Shown here piece by piece: positions 41,387-52,708 of a stretch of DNA of 64,000 nt; the first letter of the stretch is position 1, and each line of letters begins with the position of its first letter. The DNA is taken from contig DVKT01000022.1 in assembly GCA_018715885.1 (NCBI GenBank), forward strand, positions 24,119-88,118. Direction: 5' to 3'. This stretch comes from Candidatus Caccoplasma intestinavium. GTDB lineage: Bacteria; Bacteroidota; Bacteroidia; Bacteroidales; UBA11471. The notes below the pieces were generated by a model that was not told the origin of the DNA, ran no database searches, and saw only the letters and a list, made by a program, of their open reading frames with translations. The translations under genes and the position numbers were made by a program.

Positions 41387-41414
41387 AAAGGCCGGTAAAT
41401 ATTACTGGCCTTTT
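41387..41414 (+). terminator. Terminator after the sulfotransferase gene
   Basis: aaaggccggt-aaatatt-actggccttt forms a 10-bp stem with one G-T pair, followed by a T-containing tail. Confidence 0.6.
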
Positions 41415-41563
41415 ATGTTAATCACCCTCAAAGATTCTCAAATATAAGTATTCCGACATCACAAAGCGCCGCCTTTTGCTTGGATATGTTGAGAAATATT
41501 TCTTTCTTTGTTTGTGAAAATATTTGATCGAAAAATTTCGATACTTTAAATCTGAAAAACTAT

Positions 41564-43336
41564 ATGAAAAACTATCCAAAAATCGGTATTCGTCCGACTA
41601 TTGACGGACGTCAGGGTGGCGTGAGAGAAAGCCTCGAAGAAAAAACGATGAACCTTGCAAAAGCAGTTGCAGAGCTTATTTCAAGTAATGTAAAGTATAG
41701 CGACGGTACACCGGTGCAATGCGTTATTGCCGACGGCACAATAGGCCGTGTCGGTGAAACGGCGGCCTGCCAGGCCAAATTCGAACGCGAAGGCGTCGGT
41801 GCGACCATTTCGGTTACCTCCTGTTGGTGTTACGGTTCCGAAACCATGGATATGCACCCGTATTGGCCGAAAGCTGTTTGGGGATTCAACGGTACAGAAC
41901 GCCCCGGTGCCGTATATTTGGCAGCCGTATTGGCAGCTCACGCTCAAAAAGGATTACCCGCATTCGGAATCTACGGGCACGATGTGCAAGATCTTGACGA
42001 CAACACTATCCCCGAAGACGTAGCCGAAAAGATTCTCCGCTGGGCTCGCTCCGCCATTGCCGTCGCACAAATGCGCGGTGAAAGTTACTTGTCGATAGGC
42101 AGCCAGTGCATGGGTATAGCAGGCAGCATCATCGATCAGGACTTTTTCCAAGAATACCTCGGTATGCGCAATGAAAGCGTGGACGAAGTGGAAATACTCC
42201 GCCGTATGGACGAAGGTATTTATGATAAAGAAGAATATGCAAAAGCAATGGCATGGGTAGAAAAATATTGTAAACCCAATGAAGGATGGGACAAAAATCG
42301 TCCTGAAAAACAAAAAGACCGCCCCGCCAAAGACGCCGACTGGGAATTTGTTGTAAAAATGACGCTCATAATACGCGACTTGATGATCGGGAACCCCAGA
42401 TTGAAAGAACTCGGATTCAAAGAAGAGGCTATCGGGCACAATGCTATTGCCGCCGGTTTTCAAGGCCAACGCCAATGGACAGACTGGAAACCCAACGGCG
42501 ATTTCAGTGAAGCTCTTATGTGTAGTACTTTCGATTGGAACGGCATTCGTGAATCATATGTATTGGCAACCGAAAACGATGCTTGTAACGGCGTTGCCAT
42601 GCTATTCGGTAAGCTCTTGACCGGCTGCGGACAAATGTTCTCCGATGTACGTACCTATTGGAGTCCCGAAGCCGTAAAACGTGTTACGGGCAAAGAACTT
42701 ACCGGTCTTGCCGCCAACGGTATCATACACCTCATCAACTCGGGTGCCACGACCCTCGACGCAACCGGAGCCAGTATCAATGCAGCAGGGGAAGCTTGTA
42801 TGAAACCTTGCTGGGAAATGACCGATGCCGACGCCGAGGCCTGTTTGAAAAATACCAGTTGGTTACCAGCCGATCGGGATTATTTCCGTGGTGGAGGTTA
42901 TTCTTCTCATTTCTTGTCGAAAGGAGGTATGCCGGTTACCATGTCCCGCCTCAATCTTGTAAAAGGCCTCGGCCCTGTATTGCAAATTGCCGAAGGTTGG
43001 ACTGTCGATGTAGCTCCCGAAATTTTCGAGGTCATCAACAAACGCACCGATCCTACTTGGCCTACCACATGGTTCGCTCCCCGCTTGTGCGATAAACCGG
43101 CATTTAAAGATGTATATTCGGTAATGAATAACTGGGGAGCCAACCACGGCGCGATTTCTTATGGTCATATCGGAGCCGATCTCATCACATTGGCATCAAT
43201 GCTTCGCATACCTGTATGCATGCACAATGTCGAGGAAGACAAGATTTTCCGTCCCTCGGCATGGAATGCATTTGGTATGGACAAAGAAGGTGCCGACTAT
43301 CGCGCTTGTGCCGCTTACGGACCTATCTACAAATAA
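41564..43336 (+). CDS. fucI: L-fucose isomerase
   Basis: 590 aa. The N-terminal [21 protein letters not shown] and the overall length are typical of FucI. Confidence 0.95.
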   Translation: MKNYPKIGIRPTIDGRQGGVRESLEEKTMNLAKAVAELISSNVKYSDGTPVQCVIADGTIGRVGETAACQAKFEREGVGATISVTSCWCYGSETMDMHPYWPKAVWGFNGTERPGAVYLAAVLAAHAQKGLPAFGIYGHDVQDLDDNTIPEDVAEKILRWARSAIAVAQMRGESYLSIGSQCMGIAGSIIDQDFFQEYLGMRNESVDEVEILRRMDEGIYDKEEYAKAMAWVEKYCKPNEGWDKNRPEKQKDRPAKDADWEFVVKMTLIIRDLMIGNPRLKELGFKEEAIGHNAIAAGFQGQRQWTDWKPNGDFSEALMCSTFDWNGIRESYVLATENDACNGVAMLFGKLLTGCGQMFSDVRTYWSPEAVKRVTGKELTGLAANGIIHLINSGATTLDATGASINAAGEACMKPCWEMTDADAEACLKNTSWLPADRDYFRGGGYSSHFLSKGGMPVTMSRLNLVKGLGPVLQIAEGWTVDVAPEIFEVINKRTDPTWPTTWFAPRLCDKPAFKDVYSVMNNWGANHGAISYGHIGADLITLASMLRIPVCMHNVEEDKIFRPSAWNAFGMDKEGADYRACAAYGPIYK

Positions 43337-43367
43337 TATTTAACCCCAAAACCATTATTAAAAAACT

Positions 43368-44522
43368 ATGATCAACAGATTTGTTCTCAACGAAGTTTCA
43401 TACTTCGGCCCCGGTGCCCGAGAAGTATTGCCCAAAGAAGTAAAACGATTGGGACTGCACAAAGCATTTGTCGCCACAGACAAGGATCTCATTAAATTCG
43501 GAGTGGCCGATAAAGTTCTCAACGTACTGAAAGAAGCCGGTATTCCTTATGAAATATTCAGTGATATAAAACCGAATCCGACCGTAGCAAACGTAAAAGC
43601 CGGAGTAAAAGCATTTGCCGAATCGGGTGCAGATTTTATTCTAGCTATCGGTGGAGGTTCGTCCATCGACACATCGAAAGCGATCGGAATTATTACCAAC
43701 AACCCCGAATTCAGCGATGTCGTTTCTCTCGAAGGCGTAGCTGATACAAAAAAGAAATCGGTACCTATCATCGCCCTGCCCACCACCGCCGGTACAGCAG
43801 CAGAGGTAACCATCAACTATGTGATTACCGACGAGAAAAACGAAAAGAAAATGGTATGTGTCGATCCTAACGACATACCCGCAATCGCCATTATCGATGC
43901 CGAACTCATGTACACTCTTCCCAAAAGCCTTACAGCGGCAACCGGTCTCGATGCATTAACTCACGCTATCGAAGGGTTGATTACCAAAGGGGCTTGGGAA
44001 ATGAGCGACATGTTCGAAATAAAAGCCATCGAAATGATCAACCGTTATCTGGAAACAGCCGTCAACGAACCTCAAAATCCGGAAGCTCGCAACGGTATGG
44101 CCGTAGCTCAATATATCGCAGGTATGGCATTCTCAAATGTCGGCCTCGGTGTCGTACACGGTATGGCCCACCCGCTCGGAGCAATATTCGACATTCCTCA
44201 CGGCGTTGCCAATGCTTTGTTACTGCCTACCATCATGGAGTTCAATGCCCCAGCAGCTCTCGACAAATATGTAACCATTGCAAAAGCTATGAATGTTTAC
44301 AAAGACGGTATGAGCAAAGAAGAAGCTGCTCAAGCAGCCGTAGACGCAGTCAAATCCTTAGCTGTACGGGTAGGAATACCCCAGCATTTGAGTAAACTGG
44401 GAATCAAAGAGAGCGATCTGCCAAAGTTGGCCGATTCGGCTATTGCCGACGTTTGCACTCCCGGTAATCCGCGCGAAGTAACCCGGGATATTATCCTTGA
44501 TCTCTATCGCAAGGTTCTCTAA
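43368..44522 (+). CDS. fucO: Lactaldehyde reductase (Fe-dependent 1,2-propanediol oxidoreductase)
   Basis: 384 aa. Iron-ADH motifs (GGGSSIDTSK, His cluster HGMAHPLG...HG). Confidence 0.9.
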   Translation: MINRFVLNEVSYFGPGAREVLPKEVKRLGLHKAFVATDKDLIKFGVADKVLNVLKEAGIPYEIFSDIKPNPTVANVKAGVKAFAESGADFILAIGGGSSIDTSKAIGIITNNPEFSDVVSLEGVADTKKKSVPIIALPTTAGTAAEVTINYVITDEKNEKKMVCVDPNDIPAIAIIDAELMYTLPKSLTAATGLDALTHAIEGLITKGAWEMSDMFEIKAIEMINRYLETAVNEPQNPEARNGMAVAQYIAGMAFSNVGLGVVHGMAHPLGAIFDIPHGVANALLLPTIMEFNAPAALDKYVTIAKAMNVYKDGMSKEEAAQAAVDAVKSLAVRVGIPQHLSKLGIKESDLPKLADSAIADVCTPGNPREVTRDIILDLYRKVL

Positions 44523-44532
44523 TAGAATCCAC

Positions 44533-44569
44533 AGATTGTTAAGGCCTAAGGCCTTAACAATCTTTTTTT
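44533..44569 (+). terminator. Strong Rho-independent terminator between fucO and the mutarotase gene
   Basis: agattgttaaggcc-taa-ggccttaacaatct is a 14-bp perfect stem followed by a T7 run. Confidence 0.8.
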
Positions 44570-44590
44570 CTCTTAAATCTTAAAACACAC

Positions 44591-44977
44591 ATGGAAACAC
44601 CGCACACAGGATATAGGGTACAGTCATATAGCCAACCCGTTAAAAGATATTGTCAGACCCTCAATCTTAAAGAAAATCCCGAACTGATTGCTGAATATCG
44701 CAAACGGCACCTTAAAGAAAACGCCTGGCCCGAAATATTGGAGGGTATCAGAGAAGTAGGAATACTCGAAATGGAAATCTATATTTTAGGAAGCCGTCTA
44801 TTCATGATTGTAGAAACGCCTCTCGATTTCGACTGGGACGAGGCCATGCAACGCTTAAACACGCTGCCCCGCCAGCAAGAATGGGAAGATTATATGTCTA
44901 TTTTCCAACAAGCCAAACCGGGAGCATCATCGTCAGAGAAATGGCAGCAAATGGAGCGTATGTTTAAGCTCTACTAG
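44591..44977 (+). CDS. L-rhamnose mutarotase-family (RhaM/DUF718) protein, likely a deoxy-hexose mutarotase for the fucose locus
   Basis: 128 aa. KRYCQTLNLKENPELIAEYRKRH...WPEILEGIREVGILEMEIY matches the RhaM-family pattern. Confidence 0.8.
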   Translation: METPHTGYRVQSYSQPVKRYCQTLNLKENPELIAEYRKRHLKENAWPEILEGIREVGILEMEIYILGSRLFMIVETPLDFDWDEAMQRLNTLPRQQEWEDYMSIFQQAKPGASSSEKWQQMERMFKLY

Positions 44978-45138
44978 CATATCCAGACGAAAAACTATCA
45001 ACACACGAAAAAGAGGCTGCAAAGAAATTATCGGCCAACACATAGAACTCGTGTCATGAAAGAAATTTTCGTAGCAAAAAATAAATTCCTGAATGACGGG
45101 GATTTCTTTAATGTTAAATCTTTTCAAAAAACAAATGA

Positions 45139-46365
45139 ATGAAACAAAAAACAAGTTTGGTACGAATGGCAGACGGGAGAAATTTGCTAGTACCTTTTCT
45201 ATTGATAACAACACTCTTCTTTCTATGGGGATTTGCTCATAGCATTTTAGATGTCTTGAACAAACACTTTCAAGATGCATTGGGCATCAATAAAACAAAA
45301 TCGGCTCTGGTGCAAGCGGTCGTATATAGCGGATATTTTCTAATGGCTCTACCGGCAGGAGAAATCATACGGCGATTCGGATATAGAGTTGGAGTACTGA
45401 CGGGTTTACTTCTTTATGGGTGCGGAGCATTGTTATTCATTCCGGGCGGAGAAATAAAATCATTCGAATTTTTCTTATTTTCACTCTTCGTCATCGGCTG
45501 TGGATTGACCTGTCTGGAAACGGCAGCAAATCCATACGTAACGGTTTTGGGAGAAAAAAATTCTGCCGAACGTAGAATCAACTTAGCTCAATCTTTCAAC
45601 GGATTAGGCTGGATATGCGGTCCTCTGGTCGGAGGCTATTTCCTCTTCGGAAACGGTACCGGAGGAAACATTTCGATGCCGTATGCCATTATCGGAGGAG
45701 TAGCGTTACTAGTAGCCCTCCTATTTTCGCGGGTAAAGTTGCCCGAAATCACACCTGAGGTCGATTCTACGGAAAAGAACGCAGACGGGGAAACTACCAT
45801 ACATAAAAGTTTATGGAAACATAAAAACTTCACATACGGGCTTTTAGCATTATTTTTATATATAGCAGCTCAAACCGGTATCAATAGTTTTTTCATCAAT
45901 TATGCTACGGAAAATGCCAGCATATCGGCCCAAGAGGCATCTCTTTGGCTTTCGTTCGTCGGTATGGGGTTATTTACGGTAGGGCGTATGGGAGGTAGCT
46001 GGATCATGAGCAAAATACGTGCAGAAAAAGTATTGATCGTATGTGCTCTCGGTGCTACATTGGCTATGATACTGGCAATCTTTACATCGGGAATGGCTGG
46101 TGTAAGCAGCTTTTTCTTATGTTTCTTGTGCGAATCGATCATGTTCCCGACTATTTTTGCTTTATCCATTAGAGGATTGGGCGAACAGACCAAAAGAGCC
46201 TCTTCATTCTTGATCATGTCGATTGTCGGCGGTGCTATTGCACCTGTTCTAATGGGGTATATTGCCGATACCGTATCTATGTCTTGGGCTTTTCTCATTC
46301 CATTGGGCTGTTTCTTATTTATCTTAGGATTTGCATTAAGTTTCAAAAAACTTTTACAAGCATAA
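45139..46365 (+). CDS. fucP: L-fucose:H+ symporter permease (MFS)
   Basis: 408 aa with 12 predicted TMs. FFLWGFAHSILDVLNKHFQ is typical of FucP. Confidence 0.9.
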   Translation: MKQKTSLVRMADGRNLLVPFLLITTLFFLWGFAHSILDVLNKHFQDALGINKTKSALVQAVVYSGYFLMALPAGEIIRRFGYRVGVLTGLLLYGCGALLFIPGGEIKSFEFFLFSLFVIGCGLTCLETAANPYVTVLGEKNSAERRINLAQSFNGLGWICGPLVGGYFLFGNGTGGNISMPYAIIGGVALLVALLFSRVKLPEITPEVDSTEKNADGETTIHKSLWKHKNFTYGLLALFLYIAAQTGINSFFINYATENASISAQEASLWLSFVGMGLFTVGRMGGSWIMSKIRAEKVLIVCALGATLAMILAIFTSGMAGVSSFFLCFLCESIMFPTIFALSIRGLGEQTKRASSFLIMSIVGGAIAPVLMGYIADTVSMSWAFLIPLGCFLFILGFALSFKKLLQA

Positions 46366-46405
46366 AAGAAAGAGGGGTATCAAAAATGATACCCCTCTTT
46401 CTTTT
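46364..46405. terminator. Bidirectional terminator between the convergent fucP and M13 peptidase genes
   Basis: aaaagaaagaggggtatc-aaaaat-gatacccctctttctttt is an 18-bp perfect stem with A/T runs on both sides. Confidence 0.75.
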
Positions 46406-46420
46406 ATGCTAATTACTAAA

Positions 46421-48448
46421 TTACCAAATCACAACCCGATCTTCGGGAGCCATATACATAGGCTGTTCGGGTGTAATTCCGAATGCCTGATAGAAAGTTT
46501 CGATATTCCGAAGTGCGGCATTCACACGCCATTTTCCCAATGAATGCGGATCTGTTTTTGTACGACGTAGTATTTCCTCATCTCGAATGTTTGACGCCCA
46601 TAAGTTTGCGTATGCCAAGTAAAAACGCTGCTCGGGAGTAAATCCGTCAATAATAGGCAACTTCTCTCCTTCCGTGGCATTTTCAAAAGCTGTGTATGCG
46701 ACACGTAAACCTCCCTGATCGGCAATATTCTCTCCCAAAGTGAAACGTCCGTCGGCATGTACTGTATCAATAACAATAATGCTACTATACTGATCGGCCA
46801 AAATATCGGCACGGAGATTGAACTGACGCGTATCTTCGGAAGTCCACCAATCACTAAGGTTGCCATCTTTATCGAATTGACGTCCCATATCATCGAAACC
46901 ATGCGTCATTTCATGTCCGATAACAACACCGATAGCTCCGTAATTGACGGCATCATCGGCATCGGCATAAAAGAATGGTGGCTGCAAAATACCTGCTGGA
47001 AAACAGATTTCATTGGTAGTCGGGTTATAATAAGCGTTCACGGTCTGCGGGCTCATATACCATATCGACTTATCGACCTCCTTGCCTACTTTTTCGAGCA
47101 TATAAGCCGTCTCGAATTTAGAGGCGTTTTTAAGATTTTCCCAGTAACTTTTCTCGGGAGATATTTCAAGGGCCGTATAATCGCGCCATTTGTCGGGATA
47201 CCCTATTTTGACCGTTATCGCCGCCAATTTTTCAAGAGCACGAGCTTTGGTTTCTTCGCTCATCCAATCGAGATGTTCGATGTGTTGTTGTAGCGCCTTC
47301 TGCAAATTCGCGACTAATTTCAACATACGATTTTTCGACTCCTGCGGAAAATATTTTTTTACATATATCTCACCCAATGCCTCACTCAAAACAGCATCGG
47401 TTGTTGCAAGCGAACGTTTCCATCGTAACCGGGGTTCTTGTTGACCGGATAAAGTCCGTCCGTAAAAATCGAATTTGGCCTCATAAAACTCATCGCTCAA
47501 ATACGACGCGGCACTATTCAATACCGTAAACGCCATATAGTCTTTTACTTCCTGTAATGAAAGCCGGTTATATAACTTGTCTACTCCATCGATAAATGCC
47601 AATTGTCCGGCATCGATGTATTGTAAGCTATCCACTCCCAACGATGTAAAAAAGCCATTCCAGTCAAAATCTTTTTCTCGCCTCAGAAAATCGGTATACG
47701 ACATTCTATTGTAATTTTTCTGCGGATCCCGTAATTCCACCCGGGTATAAGAAAGGCGAGCCAATTCGGTTTCTATTTTCATAACCGATTGAGCCGCTTT
47801 TCGGGCCGATTCGGGAGAATACCCTGCTAATGTAAACAAGCGCTCTATATATTTTATATAAGATTCCCTCAAAGCGATATTCGTACTATCTGCCGACAAA
47901 TAATAATCACGGTCTCCCATAGCAATACCGCCTTGATTAAGGCTCAACAAATTCACGCTGCTATTCTTGCTATCCGGCCCGACATATACAAAAAAGAACG
48001 GATATACCCCTTCGGCATGAAGCCGACCAATAACAGACGACATATTTTTCATATCCGTAATCCCATTTATCTCTTCCAAATCGGCAACCACGGGTGCAAA
48101 TCCTTCGGCATTGAGGCGTACACTGTCAAGCCCCAAATTGTACAAATCACTTACTTTGGCGGCAATACTTCCATCAATTTGTTTCTTCTCTGATAATTCT
48201 GTAACCAAAGTGTGCATTTGCTCCTCGCACAAATCAGCCAATCGATCGAATGAACCATAACGGCTATATTCGGGTTTCAACGGATTATTGGCAATCCAAC
48301 CACCACAAGCATACTGATAAAAATCGACTCCGGGCGCTACACTCAAATCAAAATTAGACTGGGATAGCGGTTTCTCTTTCTCTTGTTTTCCCGAGCAAGC
48401 CGAAAAAGTCAGTGCTGCCATTAACGATAACATCATTGTTTTTTTCAT
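46421..48448 (-). CDS. M13-family zinc metallopeptidase (PepO/endothelin-converting-enzyme-like) lipoprotein
   Basis: 675 aa. Lipobox LTFSAC, HExxH (VIGHEMTHGFD) and downstream ENIAD. Confidence 0.9.
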   Translation of the reverse strand: MKKTMMLSLMAALTFSACSGKQEKEKPLSQSNFDLSVAPGVDFYQYACGGWIANNPLKPEYSRYGSFDRLADLCEEQMHTLVTELSEKKQIDGSIAAKVSDLYNLGLDSVRLNAEGFAPVVADLEEINGITDMKNMSSVIGRLHAEGVYPFFFVYVGPDSKNSSVNLLSLNQGGIAMGDRDYYLSADSTNIALRESYIKYIERLFTLAGYSPESARKAAQSVMKIETELARLSYTRVELRDPQKNYNRMSYTDFLRREKDFDWNGFFTSLGVDSLQYIDAGQLAFIDGVDKLYNRLSLQEVKDYMAFTVLNSAASYLSDEFYEAKFDFYGRTLSGQQEPRLRWKRSLATTDAVLSEALGEIYVKKYFPQESKNRMLKLVANLQKALQQHIEHLDWMSEETKARALEKLAAITVKIGYPDKWRDYTALEISPEKSYWENLKNASKFETAYMLEKVGKEVDKSIWYMSPQTVNAYYNPTTNEICFPAGILQPPFFYADADDAVNYGAIGVVIGHEMTHGFDDMGRQFDKDGNLSDWWTSEDTRQFNLRADILADQYSSIIVIDTVHADGRFTLGENIADQGGLRVAYTAFENATEGEKLPIIDGFTPEQRFYLAYANLWASNIRDEEILRRTKTDPHSLGKWRVNAALRNIETFYQAFGITPEQPMYMAPEDRVVIW

Positions 48449-48478
48449 AACATCGGTATTTAGTTATTTTGCTTATAT

Positions 48479-50446
48479 TTATTTCTCACTTACAGATACT
48501 TCTTTTCGCATTTTTTCCAGTATATCTGTCTGCTCGACCCATAATTCCGTTAAAGCTTCGGCATCTTTCTTCAAAGTTCCGTGTTTCATACATAAATCTA
48601 TATCGGCCATACCCTCTGGGGTAGCCAGACGAGCTTCGATAGCAGAGATTTCTGTATCAAGTTTTGCCAAACGCTGTTCGGTATCGGCAACAGCACGTTC
48701 CTGACGTTTCAATTTTCTCTGCCACTCTTTACGGGCTTCAAACGACAACTTATTTTCTACGGTAGAAGTCGATGTCTTTTCAGCCGGAATTTGAGATCGA
48801 TCCTGTGATCTCGATTTTACTTCCAACTCTTTTAACGAAGCCATTTTTTTCGCCTCCAAAAAATCATATATCCCGCCTAAATGTTCTCGAACTTTCTGCT
48901 GCCCGAACTCGTACACTTTCGATACCAATCCATCGAGAAATTCCCTATCGTGCGATACGACGATAAGAGTCCCGTCAAAATCTTTCAGAGCCTGTTTCAG
49001 AACATCTTTTGTACGCATATCGAGATGGTTGGTTGGTTCGTCGAGAATCAACAGATTGACAGGTTCGAGCAACAAACGAATCATGGCAAGCCGCGTCTTT
49101 TCTCCTCCTGACAAAACTTTCACCTTTTTTTCCGAAGCCTCTCCACCAAACATAAACGCCCCCAATATATCTCGTATTTTGGTACGAATATCACCGACAG
49201 CCACTCTATCTATCGTATCGAATACCGTTACAGATTCGTCAAGAAGCTGAGCTTGATTCTGCGCAAAATATCCGATTTTCACATTGTGTCCTATTTTCAA
49301 CTCTCCATCATAAGGAATCTCTCCCATGATACATTTTACAAGTGTAGATTTTCCCTCGCCGTTCTTCCCGACAAAAGCGACTTTTTCTCCTCGCTTGATT
49401 GTAAAATCGGCATGTGCAAAAACAACATGGTCGCCATAACTTTTCCCCATATTCTTTGCAATAACAGGGTAATCACCCGACCGAGGAGCCGGAGGAAATC
49501 GTAAACGCAATCGGGAATTGTCTACTTCGTCGACCTCTATGCGTTCTATTTTTTCCAGTTGTTTGATACGCGACTGTACTTGCACCGACTTTGTGGCTTT
49601 ATAACGGAAACGTTCGATAAATGCCTCGGTATCCTGTATCTGCTTCTGCTGATTCTCAAAGGCCCGCTGCTGCTGTTCAAGACGCTCGGCCCGTAACTGC
49701 ACATATTTAGAATAATTCACCCGATAATCGTAAATATGCCCAAGAGAAATTTCGATCGTACGATTGGTTACATTATCGATAAACGCCCGGTCGTGTGAAA
49801 CCAATACAACGGCATTGGCCCTTGTGGAAAGAAACATTTCAAGCCACTGTATCGATTCTATGTCCAAATGGTTAGTAGGCTCGTCGAGCAACAATACATC
49901 GGGGCGTTGCAAAAGCAATTTGGCCAATTCGATACGCATACGCCAGCCGCCACTGAACTCGGAAGTCGATCGGTTAAAATCACTCCGCAAAAAACCAAGT
50001 CCCAATAGCGTTTTTTCTATTTCGGCCTGATAATTACCGTTGCCCGACAGTGCAAGTTGTTCGCTTACCTGAGAAATACGGTCGATCAATTCCTGATACG
50101 AATCACTTTCATAATCGGTACGTTCGGCCAATTCTGTATTCATTTGATCAAGACGTTCCTGCATCTCCTGAATATGAGAAAACGCCAATGCCGCCTCCTC
50201 GGTAACCGTACGGCTATCAGAAAGTTGCATTTGCTGCGGCAAATACCCAATGGTTATATCTTTGGGCATATTTACCGATCCTGCCGACGGTTGTTGAAGC
50301 CCCGCTATGATTTTGAGCATAGTAGACTTGCCGGCACCGTTTTTACCGACCAATGCTATACGGTCTTTTTTATTAATGACATACGTTATCTTATCGAGCA
50401 ATGTAAACCCACCGAATTCTACGGTCAGACCCTCTATTGAAATCAT
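48479..50446 (-). CDS. ABC-F family ATPase (two ABC domains, no TM domain)
   Basis: Two Walker A loops (GKNGAGKST, GKNGEGKST) and two LSGG signatures (FSGGWRMR, LSGGEKTR). Coiled-coil C-terminus. Start taken at MISIEG; 50482 is an alternative. Confidence 0.9.
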   Translation of the reverse strand: MISIEGLTVEFGGFTLLDKITYVINKKDRIALVGKNGAGKSTMLKIIAGLQQPSAGSVNMPKDITIGYLPQQMQLSDSRTVTEEAALAFSHIQEMQERLDQMNTELAERTDYESDSYQELIDRISQVSEQLALSGNGNYQAEIEKTLLGLGFLRSDFNRSTSEFSGGWRMRIELAKLLLQRPDVLLLDEPTNHLDIESIQWLEMFLSTRANAVVLVSHDRAFIDNVTNRTIEISLGHIYDYRVNYSKYVQLRAERLEQQQRAFENQQKQIQDTEAFIERFRYKATKSVQVQSRIKQLEKIERIEVDEVDNSRLRLRFPPAPRSGDYPVIAKNMGKSYGDHVVFAHADFTIKRGEKVAFVGKNGEGKSTLVKCIMGEIPYDGELKIGHNVKIGYFAQNQAQLLDESVTVFDTIDRVAVGDIRTKIRDILGAFMFGGEASEKKVKVLSGGEKTRLAMIRLLLEPVNLLILDEPTNHLDMRTKDVLKQALKDFDGTLIVVSHDREFLDGLVSKVYEFGQQKVREHLGGIYDFLEAKKMASLKELEVKSRSQDRSQIPAEKTSTSTVENKLSFEARKEWQRKLKRQERAVADTEQRLAKLDTEISAIEARLATPEGMADIDLCMKHGTLKKDAEALTELWVEQTDILEKMRKEVSVSEK

Positions 50447-50739
50447 AATAGTCGTGTTCTTAAATTTTGCCTGTTTCCACAATAGGCATTCTCAAAACAC
50501 GGCAAAGGTACACATTTTTACCCGAAGAGCATATATCCGTTTTCGTATTAAAAAAATCAGGGAAGAATCCTTACCAATTTTATGCAAAGTTACAAAAGAC
50601 CTCCGGAGAAAAGCTGCCTCATTCAGCCATTCCTCATACAATACCTTGCACACCATCTGTAAGGCAAAGTTGTAGCGCCATCTCCTCATGCGTCGCCAAC
50701 CCGTACTTTAAGGACACTCTCCCCATATTTAAAAGAGAT

Positions 50740-52683
50740 TTACCACCACTGTTGTATACCGTTTTTATAAATAAAGATCCGTTCTTCTGCCCCTCCGCTC
50801 AAATTATGTAATATATACAATTTTCCTGCCGGAACTTTTTGAAAATCGAGATAATAATCGGTAGCGGTCTTTTCTCCCACACATTGCCAAGAAAAACCGT
50901 CCCAATACTCCAAACGATAATGATTCCCCGGAATAATAAAGTTTGTATCGCTTCGGGGTACATAGCGTATCCGCGTCAATGTGTGATCATTTCTTTCACC
51001 CAAATCAAGTGCTACATACCCTTCTACTTTCTTATCTTTTCTAAAATAGGTACTATAATCACCATCGACAGCTTGTTCCCAACCTGTTTCTATTTCATTC
51101 TCCGGGACGCCAAATGCAAATCCGTTCAAAACCTGTTCTTCTTCCGTACCTTGTTTCCGACCATAAAAAACTATTTCTGCCAAATTACCCTCACGATTAT
51201 CATCAAATTTCATTCGAACATATCTATATGGACGAGTAACATTTAAGATAGAATCGACTATATCTTGTGCATCTCTATCCAAAACAGTCATTACAATTTC
51301 CGAGTCTGAAAAATCTGGATTGTCCGAGACCTCCACTGTTGCTCCTAAAAGAGCCTTCGAAAACGAGGTAATACGTGTAAATTTCGGATATTTACGAGTC
51401 AGATGCATATCGACAAAACCGGACGTATCGGATCGGATATATTCTATTCTGCCTTCCTTGTCGAGAATAAAGGGCGGTGTCGCTGGGACAAAGGTACTCT
51501 CATCGTAATAACCAGCCATATAGCAAACATCGCCTATCATATTTTTGAAATAGAACTTGCCCTCGGACACCTGCCCGTAATCGACCGGCTGCCACTCCTT
51601 GTTATCGAACACGCAGATTACGCCATACGGGAACGATCTATATCTATCAGTAACCTCAGGATCACCGGCAACATCTACATCGAATGTCGGAAAATAAAGA
51701 TGCGATACATCGATCCTATCCGACGCCAATAAATACCCGGGAACATACTCGGCAGCATTTTCATTCACATCTTGTATCTCAAAAGTCTGGCGAAATATTT
51801 TAGCCGGTTTATAGGTAAAAAAATACCGTTTTCTATCCAAGGCATCGAAAGGAAGAAACTGGCCGCTATCTTTCAAAACGACCACCCACTCGTGCCCCTG
51901 ACTACGGTTTCCCCAATGATTGACATAATCTATCGTTGCCGGAATCCCACATGCTCTCAAAGTAAGTACATAATATTCGCTCATGTGCCGGCACGATCCA
52001 CGTCGAGCCTGTTCCACCTTACTCCTCGGCAAAGAGATGGGATATCCCCACATCAATCGGCTATTTTTATACTTACGTACTCTATCGAACTCATGATACA
52101 ACTCCTTGATAAGACGGTCATCGTTGATAATAAGCGAATCTCGGATTCTCCGGAATTGCTCGAAATGCCTTTTACGATACGGTTCCAAAGGTTCATTTCC
52201 TATACGGTACGGCAACACGTACCGGCAAAAAAGGTCGAAATCTCGGGATATGAAATCCGGAACTGTCTGCCACGCCTCAAAAGCCGTCTCTATCTCCTCT
52301 ATCAAAAACTCTGCCGAAACGGTTTCCGTATCATACTGTCGTCCTAAATACAAAGGTTGCAGTCGTCCGTATTTGTGCAACAGATTCCACCAACATTGCT
52401 CGACAAGAGCAGGATCGGATTCGGAATTACCACTCCTATATAATCTTTCATATAGCGAAAATATTGTATCATAGCGTTCTATCTGTTTATCCCTATACCC
52501 AAATTTCCCGGGCATATTTTCTATTAAAAATTCCGCAGCCACCCTCTTCAAAGAATCATTGGCGTAAAAATCCAACACTTTTTCCACCTCATCATTTGGT
52601 AAAACCGGAGCTTCCAATACATTACAGCTCCATAAAATTTGCATCAAAAGCAAAATCGAAAAAATACATCTTGATATACTCAT
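50740..52683 (-). CDS. Transglutaminase-like cysteine-protease-fold lipoprotein with C-terminal discoidin (F5/8 type C)-like domains
   Basis: Signal MSISRCIFSILLLMQILWSC. Cys-His-Asp core (RGSCRHMSEY, GHEWVVV, FDALD). The C-terminal ...NLAEIVFYG is discoidin-like. Start moved from 52743 to 52683. Confidence 0.75.
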   Translation of the reverse strand: MSISRCIFSILLLMQILWSCNVLEAPVLPNDEVEKVLDFYANDSLKRVAAEFLIENMPGKFGYRDKQIERYDTIFSLYERLYRSGNSESDPALVEQCWWNLLHKYGRLQPLYLGRQYDTETVSAEFLIEEIETAFEAWQTVPDFISRDFDLFCRYVLPYRIGNEPLEPYRKRHFEQFRRIRDSLIINDDRLIKELYHEFDRVRKYKNSRLMWGYPISLPRSKVEQARRGSCRHMSEYYVLTLRACGIPATIDYVNHWGNRSQGHEWVVVLKDSGQFLPFDALDRKRYFFTYKPAKIFRQTFEIQDVNENAAEYVPGYLLASDRIDVSHLYFPTFDVDVAGDPEVTDRYRSFPYGVICVFDNKEWQPVDYGQVSEGKFYFKNMIGDVCYMAGYYDESTFVPATPPFILDKEGRIEYIRSDTSGFVDMHLTRKYPKFTRITSFSKALLGATVEVSDNPDFSDSEIVMTVLDRDAQDIVDSILNVTRPYRYVRMKFDDNREGNLAEIVFYGRKQGTEEEQVLNGFAFGVPENEIETGWEQAVDGDYSTYFRKDKKVEGYVALDLGERNDHTLTRIRYVPRSDTNFIIPGNHYRLEYWDGFSWQCVGEKTATDYYLDFQKVPAGKLYILHNLSGGAEERIFIYKNGIQQWW

Positions 52684-52708
52684 ATTCAATTCTCCTTTAA
52701 ACGTACGA

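Noticed and set aside
50483-50739. Track ORFs 50467..50811 (+), 50307..50675 (+) and 50492..50689 (-) in the spacer between the ABC-F gene and the transglutaminase-like gene
   Set aside because: They overlap flanking real genes or each other and have no motifs. The region more plausibly holds the ABC-F promoter (CAAAGGTA at 50503..50510 is TACCTTTG on the minus strand) and the end of the upstream operon.
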